A stretch of 64,000 nt of DNA from the IMG/VR virus record IMGVR_UViG_3300042397_003635. One strand, written 5' to 3'. Below are positions 39,801 to 47,406 of this stretch, piece after piece; positions within the stretch are counted from its first letter, which is position 1, and each line of letters opens with the position of its first letter. This stretch comes from a virus (taxonomy: Duplodnaviria > Caudoviricetes). The position numbers and the translations under genes are program-made. The notes beneath the pieces are model-generated. The model did no database searches, had not been told where the DNA came from, and was given only the letters and a program-made list of their open reading frames with translations.

Positions 39801-40549
39801 AAAACATACTTTATTTTGCTATAGCTTAGGATTTCTCCGTTAATCGTTTCAGGAACGGTGATTTCCGATATAGTTTGGACTTTAAACGTTCCTCTATATC
39901 TGTTAATTGCACCAGGTAAATCAACGATATTTGTATCTTCGAAATAAGAGATTCCATTGTTTACTAAATCATTTAGTAAAGTAGTATAGTTGATTGTATT
40001 TTTTCCATTATAATTATTATTAAAATACGTAATTAAGTCAGTATCTTCTCCAACATTAACAATTACTCGACGAACTTCAAACTTAGAAATATCATCAGCC
40101 ATATAATTGGTTACATCGATCGGAACATATAATAGTGGGCTAAGGAAACTTTCAAAAAACCAGTTGTTTTTGGTTTTAAATCTAGTCGGTAGGCTAAGCG
40201 ACGCATCCCCAATTTTCTCTAAATCAGAGATAGTTTGAGTAATATCATTAAGCTCGAATCTTTTAACATTTCCCTGATCGTCTTTAATTCCAATGGTATT
40301 TCCATTTGCATTTATTAAAGTCTTAAATTTAGCATCAATTTCCTCAATGCGACCATTCATATAACCAATCGAAGGAATTGGAATAGTCGTACTTGTAGTA
40401 GGATCGTCTGTGTTAATTTGAGTAACTTCAACTTGGCTAGAATTTGTAGTCAGAGCTTGATTCATTTTTGAAATAAGCTCTTGTGCGTTTGCTGACTGTA
40501 CGCCAAGTGAACCTAGGATCTCTGATAAAGAGTTTGTTTCTTCAGCCAT
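36854..40549 (-). CDS. Large putative baseplate/tail structural protein with coiled-coil and FN3-like segments
   Basis: 1231 aa; coiled coil around KESINSNLRELDKSIDTLKK; FN3-like VEIKIKSLSEAG...ESDWSESITIDF. Confidence 0.5.
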   Translation of the reverse strand: MAEETNSLSEILGSLGVQSANAQELISKMNQALTTNSSQVEVTQINTDDPTTSTTIPIPSIGYMNGRIEEIDAKFKTLINANGNTIGIKDDQGNVKRFELNDITQTISDLEKIGDASLSLPTRFKTKNNWFFESFLSPLLYVPIDVTNYMADDISKFEVRRVIVNVGEDTDLITYFNNNYNGKNTINYTTLLNDLVNNGISYFEDTNIVDLPGAINRYRGTFKVQTISEITVPETINGEILSYSKIKYVLDRLDYTDVTGSTPAAQRRELSVGSRLITEENSEYLVESVDTKDKSVILKRVFGSDGIVLFENLRIKPEIYRSPILAVNIGYNEREVIFIKPISSKMDLTVDFISSGFGIYTNELQITLQTGQNLTLNEYYNNFVADFGLLFLSFAKEKKLPNSLGFQPNAPALNAANFKVLQIDSHVTNTDSASTVKNLVSQKESINSNLRELDKSIDTLKKTINSSGNQNDAIRLKAQSDLNNKTSARAQAFSQLSTVVKELSLNVKTSPEFSISPKYRVRGFWEIPADINSPYGLQKTVQFKIAYRYLSSNKDASAADPITFTDSTGTQRTGYFSPWTEVLTKSKQKVYNSTTGLYEWTEENVADPNSVNINQLEIAIRKGESVEIKIKSLSEAGFPDNPVESDWSESITIDFPANIQSSEENTLIAQQAMADESRIALQEELNARGLDLHLSTAFSSKDKYYSHTTDAIASGFFLADGTAISLYDKLKEIADSLSAIQSSLSTATAELIVSIVTPEGSEVQVTNGQMVDLFAGYYVDSAKLADGALDKGKIVSKEYQVKIRNASQTPLELVSTLGGGIGVAAPTSFPGANTDTQYNAYLRYDKIPLNLNGVASAGFAAFTQRTGYQSAQVKSQYVYARYYNSDNGKRLYYGDLLDTSAFGSNTNPSSYFTNQNYAFSQSANAVSGKPNYMGGHYLPSIPSGGSAIEVWNGSVTNGVGQGNGTYTEFCIHKDHPYFSVLGTVASPSTATINNIFLGLTTNSIYEFSNNTITSTAQKYLPFSQAIHFNTSVEAGTNEFGVPYYAQAERVTPVSPSAYGGALYTALNTFPIKLGFGTGDDYLIGKKTCGAYLFMMPQSYASISVDGSNARSSKRTVMAGSAASITVPVVFQFRTTDKIGEIGGWSTGQKLTNITYTKIIGLDIYTKSGLFEFDIQVSGKHQRDTIITSPTIFTPVSSGGGGGGGVYISDLTDILKNSAFDLSMNSSITNFM

Positions 40550-42678
40550 TATCGTATTCTATCTATTTTAAAGTCCAAGTTTAAAGAATCTGTACAGATT
40601 ATTTCAAAAATAGGGCGATTATCGCTGGACCAGCCGTAATCTGTTAAAACTCCTATTCTTGTATTATATGCTTGAGTAACATTAGAAAAATCTAAATTTG
40701 TTGATCTTGCAAGAGCATCTGTTGAAAGTGTGATAGTATAACCATTTAGGATAACTGGATCGGCAAACACTAAACGTAGAACTTGACCCTTTTTCCATTG
40801 AGTTAGGGTATCGTTAACTTTAAGTGTAATGTTTCCGGTAAGAGTGTGCGAATTTCCAGATTTTTCGTGTCTATAGTAATTAGTAAACGGTACTAACGCA
40901 ATTGACTGCGCAAGCGAAATATCAAATATTGGAGTAATTTCAAAGTTATAATCTGGGGTTTCATTATTAATACTTACCTGATTATTAACTGAGCGACTAA
41001 CTCCGATTCCGGTTCCACTCTTTACTACATCCGTATTATATGCAACCTCTAATGAAGTTTTACCTTGTACAAAATTAGAAAGTTGACCTTCTACATTTGT
41101 AATTTTTTCAATAACGTTTTTAGTATTTAAGAATAGGGCGCTATTTGCTAGAAGAGCCTTTTCTAAGCTAGATAATCTAGCCTCAATATCAGAAGTTTTG
41201 CTAGTAGTCAATAGACTGGCTTTGGCTTTTTCCCAATCTGTTTGTAGGGCTGCATATTTTGCAAGCCTATCCTCTTGATTAATCGCAATTGTTTGAAATC
41301 TATTCATTAAGTCAACAAATAAATCTAAGCTAAATCCAGCGTTTGCATTAATGTTTTTAACTGGCTCAATTGCAACATCTTCAATTGAAGTATCAAATTT
41401 AACATTTAATTTAAACGCATATGAGTTTCCATTAATTTTGCTTAATGGATCTGGTTTGTATTTAGTTAATCTTGGAATTTCAAATTCAAGACCATTTGAT
41501 TGAATCTTATTTAGGAACAAGACTCCATATAGATTTTTTGCTTTTAATACTTTTGTTACTGGATCAATCACGTCATAATAAACTAAAACTGTGTTAAAGT
41601 CAAAGTTTTTATTTTGTACGTTAATATCATTTAGCGCAGAAAATGATGTTACTGCATTTTGAGTTGCAACTAAATAGTCAGAAAGTTTAAAATCAATACA
41701 AACTCCATCTAGTGTAGATCTAGTGTAACTTATTGTAGTCGATACTCCACTAGTAACCTTGGTCTTTTTAATCTTTTTATTTACAGCAGTATTATATTTC
41801 CAAGCAGCAAGCTGTGTATTATAAGTACCATCTGTATAGTATGAATTATTAAGGGTTCCTTGAAACCAGTTTTGCGTAGTATATGTGCTACCGCCATATG
41901 CGGCTTGTTCTAATGTGACTGTCGAATCATCTAAATCATAGAATGCATTTAGACTTAATCCTTGCGGGTGAACATCTGTATAGTGACGACCAACAATTGT
42001 TTCTCTATCTTCTGGTAACTCTGGTGTATGTGTAATCGCCATATTTGGTCTATAATTAGCATCCTCAACAGAGTTAAACAATATGTATGGAGTCGATCCG
42101 GCATTGTTTGGAACATGCAAATATAATTCGCTATATGAGTTTTCTTTACCTTTATATGAATTTACAATATCGATTTCTCCAATATATTGGACAACTTTGG
42201 AATATGAAGAACCTACTGTCATATTTTCTTCTGCAAATATTCCAGTTTGAGATGTTTCTAGTGTATTTGCATCTCTCCAGCGAATTGCACCAGATTCCTT
42301 TAACCATTTCCAAAAAACTCTCTCTGATACATTGAGAGGAAGGTCTCTACTATATGAAGTTTGAGAAATTAAAAGAGCTTCTAAATTTAACGCGTAGTTT
42401 TGAAAGCTTTGTGCTAAATTGTAATTTTGGTTGCTTTGATTATAAAGACCTGGGTCGGTCATTAAAGTTTCACCTTGAGCTTTAAAAAATAGCTTGTTAT
42501 CTGAAGGAGTTCCGTCTGGAGTTCCAACATTAGGTAAATTTAAAAGCACAAAGTTAGAAAACTTAAATTGATTACCACTATTGTTAAATGATAGAGTTAA
42601 GTCTTCTAACGAACTTTGAAAGGTATAAAATATACCCTTTCTAGTTGTAATAGGTTTTATAATAGGAGCAACTGCCAT
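40549..42678 (-). CDS. Putative structural protein
   Basis: 709 aa, 1-nt stop/start overlap with the downstream gene. Confidence 0.5.
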   Translation of the reverse strand: MAVAPIIKPITTRKGIFYTFQSSLEDLTLSFNNSGNQFKFSNFVLLNLPNVGTPDGTPSDNKLFFKAQGETLMTDPGLYNQSNQNYNLAQSFQNYALNLEALLISQTSYSRDLPLNVSERVFWKWLKESGAIRWRDANTLETSQTGIFAEENMTVGSSYSKVVQYIGEIDIVNSYKGKENSYSELYLHVPNNAGSTPYILFNSVEDANYRPNMAITHTPELPEDRETIVGRHYTDVHPQGLSLNAFYDLDDSTVTLEQAAYGGSTYTTQNWFQGTLNNSYYTDGTYNTQLAAWKYNTAVNKKIKKTKVTSGVSTTISYTRSTLDGVCIDFKLSDYLVATQNAVTSFSALNDINVQNKNFDFNTVLVYYDVIDPVTKVLKAKNLYGVLFLNKIQSNGLEFEIPRLTKYKPDPLSKINGNSYAFKLNVKFDTSIEDVAIEPVKNINANAGFSLDLFVDLMNRFQTIAINQEDRLAKYAALQTDWEKAKASLLTTSKTSDIEARLSSLEKALLANSALFLNTKNVIEKITNVEGQLSNFVQGKTSLEVAYNTDVVKSGTGIGVSRSVNNQVSINNETPDYNFEITPIFDISLAQSIALVPFTNYYRHEKSGNSHTLTGNITLKVNDTLTQWKKGQVLRLVFADPVILNGYTITLSTDALARSTNLDFSNVTQAYNTRIGVLTDYGWSSDNRPIFEIICTDSLNLDFKIDRIR

Positions 42679-42699
42679 TTTGCGCTCTGGGTTTTATTT

Positions 42700-43722
42700 T
42701 TAGATGTTATAAACTGCGTTTGAATCTCCAGTTACAACAAGTCTTGCTTGGTTATTTCCCCAAGTTGAAGGTAAGTTTGCACTGTTTTTAACAGTACCTA
42801 CATTCATTAGAGTAACAGATGAATTAAATAGATTTGTGCTTAATCCAACTGCCCATTGTGAAGCAAGTGTAGTATGAGTCGAATCTAGTCCTACTGCATC
42901 TTGATCCATTATTGCAAAATCTTGTCCTATAATTCTAATTTTATGCGTAGCTGAGTTTGCCGCAGCAAAAGTTTCATACGTTCCACTTACGTGAGTTGTG
43001 GTACCACCAGTAGTATAGGTAATTGCTCGTACCATAATTTTAAATTCTTGACCTGGTCTTATTGGAGAGTTTGTATCGTTTATTAGAACAATATCAATAC
43101 CATCTGTAATGGTGCTTTGGAAAGCACTTCCACTATAAAATGAGCTAGCGTCTAGAGTTAATATAATTAAGGATTTGCTTGTTGCAGTTAGAGTAACTTC
43201 GGCTTTTGCACGGTTTGCACCAGATACCGCGACTAGATTTTTTGTAACGTCTTCCTTACTATTAGAGAAGCTTCCAGTAATATTAACTGAACCTGCTAAG
43301 TTAGATTGACCGTTTGCTGTAATTGCTCCGGTGAAAGTTGATGTACCAGAGATAGCAAGGCCAGCTGAAGTAATTGAAGAATTAGCGACTAAGGTTCCAG
43401 TTGTAATTTTACCTACAAGAGCACTGTTAACCGTTTCAGTTTCAAATTTAATTAAATCTGCAGTACCGTTTACATTTTTAAAATATAACTGTCCGTTTTG
43501 AATAGTTAATACCCTTGTTTTTAACTCAGTTAGTGGAGTTAGGGTAGAATCTGGGTCAACTCCGATCTTTTTATCAGAAAGATCAATTTTTAAGTTGTTA
43601 ATTAGATCTTCTAGTTTACTCTTAAGCAATCCGACATTGCTATTTGAGATAATACGCATATCTGAAACATACGTGGTTTCTAGAATTTCTTGTGTTGATA
43701 GTGATAGTGCAACAAAAGCCAT
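42700..43722 (-). CDS. Putative structural/fibre-like protein
   Basis: 340 aa, Thr/Ser/Ala-rich beta segments; late box upstream. Confidence 0.5.
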   Translation of the reverse strand: MAFVALSLSTQEILETTYVSDMRIISNSNVGLLKSKLEDLINNLKIDLSDKKIGVDPDSTLTPLTELKTRVLTIQNGQLYFKNVNGTADLIKFETETVNSALVGKITTGTLVANSSITSAGLAISGTSTFTGAITANGQSNLAGSVNITGSFSNSKEDVTKNLVAVSGANRAKAEVTLTATSKSLIILTLDASSFYSGSAFQSTITDGIDIVLINDTNSPIRPGQEFKIMVRAITYTTGGTTTHVSGTYETFAAANSATHKIRIIGQDFAIMDQDAVGLDSTHTTLASQWAVGLSTNLFNSSVTLMNVGTVKNSANLPSTWGNNQARLVVTGDSNAVYNI

Positions 43723-43742
43723 TTGTTTTTTCTATTTTTTGT

Positions 43743-43750
43743 TATTTATT
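43743..43750 (-). promoter_or_regulatory. Late-like promoter box (CTAATAAATAACAAAAA)
   Basis: Intergenic, upstream of ATG 43722. Confidence 0.6.
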
Positions 43751-43815
43751 AGTAGAGTGTCGCCTCACAAATAATGGACGACTAGCCTTCTTGTACTCAA
43801 AAAATAGAAACTGGC

Positions 43816-44640
43816 TTACGGATTACTTAAATTTATTGTAGAGCCGTCATTTCGATTAATTATCGTACCATCTGATAGGATTTCATAATCGTCGAAGTTA
43901 ATATCTATCATCTGAGAATCGGCATTTAGTGTATTTTTTGCTAAACTTGAAGTAATTTCTCTTGAATTTAAACTGTTTTCGATATAATCTATGTAGGCTT
44001 CTTTAGATAGAACCTTTACGAATTGACTAGATGGCAGTGGGTGTTCATTGCCCCAAAGGTCAATTACTGTACCAGATATTTCATATTCGCCAATTTTATC
44101 GAATCTCCAAATAAAGGTCCAGCCTGCTTCAACCTCAATTATGGTTTTTGGAGCAGATCCTGCAGTTATATCAGTTAATTTCCAAAAAACTTTAGATTTT
44201 CCCATAACCTCCCTGGCTGAGATAAACACAGGAAGATGCGTTGGAACAGTCAATCGATCAGTCGCAATTTTTAATTCGGATACGTCTAGGGAATTTTTGG
44301 TAAAAAATGCTGGAATAAATCCAACCTGTTTTCCATCTTTATATGAAATAAAACCTCGGTTTTTCCAGTATTCTGGCTCAGAAACTTTTCTAGTTACCTC
44401 GACTCCATTTTCAATAAATTTTCTTCCATATATTTGATCGTTAAGTGGTGCATATACCATAAGATTCTCAACATCAAACTCTGGAATAACTCCATATAAT
44501 TTTAGTTGTTCAAGGTTTCCCATTTGTTCCTTTGAATAAGTATCAACTGGTTCATAATAAGAGTACTTATTTGCAGAAGTAAATGTAACATTTGCACTAG
44601 GTAATCCAATTGTCGATATATTAATATAAGTTATTGGCAT
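43816..44640 (-). CDS. Hypothetical structural protein with a PKD-like segment
   Basis: VFWKLTD...FIWRFDKIGEYEISGTVIDLWGN is PKD/Ig-like. Confidence 0.45.
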   Translation of the reverse strand: MPITYINISTIGLPSANVTFTSANKYSYYEPVDTYSKEQMGNLEQLKLYGVIPEFDVENLMVYAPLNDQIYGRKFIENGVEVTRKVSEPEYWKNRGFISYKDGKQVGFIPAFFTKNSLDVSELKIATDRLTVPTHLPVFISAREVMGKSKVFWKLTDITAGSAPKTIIEVEAGWTFIWRFDKIGEYEISGTVIDLWGNEHPLPSSQFVKVLSKEAYIDYIENSLNSREITSSLAKNTLNADSQMIDINFDDYEILSDGTIINRNDGSTINLSNP

Positions 44641-47405
44641 TAATTGTGATCAATTTTTAATTTAGCAGATCTTACTCCAATACTAGATGGTTGAACTCTA
44701 ATCTTAACATCGTAAGTATTTCCAGGAGTAATTGTAATATTATTAATAATTGCAACAACGTTTTCAGTTTGACCTGATCCAAGAACTAATTTAAATTCAT
44801 CTCCATCCTGATCTATTGATATTGAAGCAATTTCAAGATTTGTGCCAGTTGAGGTATTTGTAATTGGAACAGTTAAATCTCTATCAGCACCAACCTCTGT
44901 TGAATTAAATACAATTGTTTCGTTTGCGGTTCCAACATTAAAACTTGGGGCACTAACTAGTGTTGAGACATTAATCGTATTAGATACTACGGCATTTGGG
45001 CCTTTTACTCTAATTGCGAAAAGATCAGTTCCTGTATAATTTGAAGTTGGAATATATCTAATTCCGTAATTTAGGATAGACAAAGTTCCTTGACTAGGCT
45101 GTGTAACTATTTCAAACCCATTAAATGAGGATCCATTTAGATTAACATACGGTAAGGTATTAATATCAACATAAGTATTTCTTGATACTATTTGTTGTGG
45201 AATTTGTGCTAATATTGGAGAAGGCGGTTGAACGGTTAGGGTAGCTGTAACTGTTGAGGTTTGTGCAGTTGGCATATTATCATTAACCGCAGTCGCTGTA
45301 ATCGTATAGGTACCAGTCGGTACAGTTGTATATGTGACTGGGCTATCTGGCGAGCCTATTCCTAATGAAGAACTAATTGTATAGGTTTTAGCATATTGAG
45401 TAGATACGTTGATTGTTACATTACTACCGCTTATTACTGGTGATGAAAATATTCCAGGATTGCTAAAGGATATTGTTGGAAATGGTGCAAGCACCTCTAC
45501 TTGAAATTGTTTAGAAAAACTATTTGATAGCGATGTGTTTTTAAATGGTGACGTATAATTAATAGTTAGAGTGGGAGTAATACTCTCATATGCTGGATTT
45601 ACTCCCCAAAGAGCAGTAAACGATCTAGTTGAGTTATTTACGTTAATTAATGGAATGACAGTCGATCCAGTTTGAGTTACCGTAATACCATATAGAGAAT
45701 CTTCAGAAAATTCTGGAATCCACTCTGGATAAGTTGAGGTGGCTCCAACTTGAATTGTTCCAGAAATACCTTGTCTTAATAGTTGATTTGCAATATATGT
45801 ATCGCTGATTGGCTCTCCTACTACAACTTCTTCGTATACTTGAAATCCAACTGAATCTTCAAATGCACCCTTAAGACCAAACCTATAATAACCAGGTACT
45901 CTTGGTCTAAAAGATACTGAGATTAATCCCTGTCCATATTGATAATATGAAAATCCTGGAATTTCTGGTAAAGAATTTAAGTCAGTATTTGGAGTTACCT
46001 GTGCAATATTTTGCCAATCAGTTTCACCTGGGCTGGTTTTTTGTTGAATTGTCCAAAGAAGAGTTGCAGAGTTTACTTGTTGTAAATTTGCAGAAATCTT
46101 ATAGACTCCTGGAATAGGATCATCTGGCGACTGTTCAATAATAGAAACGTAAGTTCTATCTTGGTTTGCAGCGGATGCGGTAATATATGAATAAGATTGA
46201 GATGTTCCAACACTACCGGAGATGGCCTCGGCTGCAATACTAAGAGACGCTAGGTTTTGGCCCTGTGGAACACTACTGGTTGTAAAAGTTACAAAGCTTG
46301 AATATAAGTAAGAGCCATCTGATCCCTGAAGATATGCTTTTAAATAGTACGGACGGTTTGCAGTTAACCCTGAAAGTTGGGTAACTAAATTAGATGGACT
46401 AATTTCTGAATTAAATGGACCAGATTCAAATCTAACTACGCCCGGCTGTCCTATTTCTAAGTTTGTAGAATTATCTAGTTTGTAAATAACACCATATCTA
46501 ACGTAAACATCGCCTCCGCTATTAGTAAAGGTTGAAGTACTGGTTGCACTGGTTTGCGTAATATCACTTATTGTTGGGGTAGTAATTGTACTTGCACCAA
46601 CTGTACTAAAACTTCCAGTAGGTGATGTCCCTACTCCGGTTGAGTTTGTTGCAGCTGCAGTTAATGTATACGCAGATCCAGCAATCAATCCATTAAATTG
46701 AACAGATATTCCAAGAGAAAAATCAGTAAGGGTTTGGGTTCCAACTTGCGTACCATTTTTAAACAATTTAAATTGAACACTAGTTACAGTACTACCGCCG
46801 TTATTTGAAATTGTGGTTGTTGCAATTACTGAGGTTGCTGTAATTGAACTAAAGGTCGGTGTTGTTAGCGTGGCAACCGTACCGGTTTGAGGTGGAGTAC
46901 ACGCTCGATATCGAATGGTTTCGCCTATACACTCTCCTCCGTTTGACGCTGGTGTAACAACATATCTGGTTTGTTGTTCTTGATATGATCCATTAATTAA
47001 TTGACATGGACCCCAAGCTCCAACTACAAATGACTCTTGGGTTGCACCATAACCCCAATCGCTTAATACGCAATTGACTGGGCTTCCTCCAACTACACAT
47101 TCGTTATGATCAAAACATGAAGTAAATCCTCCAGAAACTGTTATGTCATATTGACCTGGATCAAACACATAGTCGCCGTATACCCTAATTAAAGGTTGTG
47201 AGGTTGAACATACTGCTAAAGTTACAATTGACCCAGTTTGACTTTGAAACCAGTTTGAAGCTTGTACAATATTCGACTGGTTACTAGAAAAATCAGTATA
47301 TTGAAACTCGACTGCATTAATTGGCGTTTGGTTAGTATCAATGTCAATTTGATAGCAAAATGGACTTCCTTCTATGTTTTCCGGTTGATCTATGAATGAT
47401 GGCAT
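44640..47405 (-). CDS. Multidomain surface adhesin: TSP1-like, FN3 x2, Ig/cadherin-like and ASH-like domains
   Basis: TSP1-like NCVLSDW...WGPC...QQTRYVVTPASNGGEC...RAC (46899..47072); FN3 FNGLIAGSAYTLTAAATN and LSGLTANRPYYLKAY; FEIVTQPSQGTL...YIPTSNYTGTD; C-terminal FNSTEVG...ITNT...ITPG...VQPSSIGVRSAKLKI. Confidence 0.7.
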   Translation of the reverse strand: MPSFIDQPENIEGSPFCYQIDIDTNQTPINAVEFQYTDFSSNQSNIVQASNWFQSQTGSIVTLAVCSTSQPLIRVYGDYVFDPGQYDITVSGGFTSCFDHNECVVGGSPVNCVLSDWGYGATQESFVVGAWGPCQLINGSYQEQQTRYVVTPASNGGECIGETIRYRACTPPQTGTVATLTTPTFSSITATSVIATTTISNNGGSTVTSVQFKLFKNGTQVGTQTLTDFSLGISVQFNGLIAGSAYTLTAAATNSTGVGTSPTGSFSTVGASTITTPTISDITQTSATSTSTFTNSGGDVYVRYGVIYKLDNSTNLEIGQPGVVRFESGPFNSEISPSNLVTQLSGLTANRPYYLKAYLQGSDGSYLYSSFVTFTTSSVPQGQNLASLSIAAEAISGSVGTSQSYSYITASAANQDRTYVSIIEQSPDDPIPGVYKISANLQQVNSATLLWTIQQKTSPGETDWQNIAQVTPNTDLNSLPEIPGFSYYQYGQGLISVSFRPRVPGYYRFGLKGAFEDSVGFQVYEEVVVGEPISDTYIANQLLRQGISGTIQVGATSTYPEWIPEFSEDSLYGITVTQTGSTVIPLINVNNSTRSFTALWGVNPAYESITPTLTINYTSPFKNTSLSNSFSKQFQVEVLAPFPTISFSNPGIFSSPVISGSNVTINVSTQYAKTYTISSSLGIGSPDSPVTYTTVPTGTYTITATAVNDNMPTAQTSTVTATLTVQPPSPILAQIPQQIVSRNTYVDINTLPYVNLNGSSFNGFEIVTQPSQGTLSILNYGIRYIPTSNYTGTDLFAIRVKGPNAVVSNTINVSTLVSAPSFNVGTANETIVFNSTEVGADRDLTVPITNTSTGTNLEIASISIDQDGDEFKLVLGSGQTENVVAIINNITITPGNTYDVKIRVQPSSIGVRSAKLKIDHN

Positions 47406-47406
47406 A

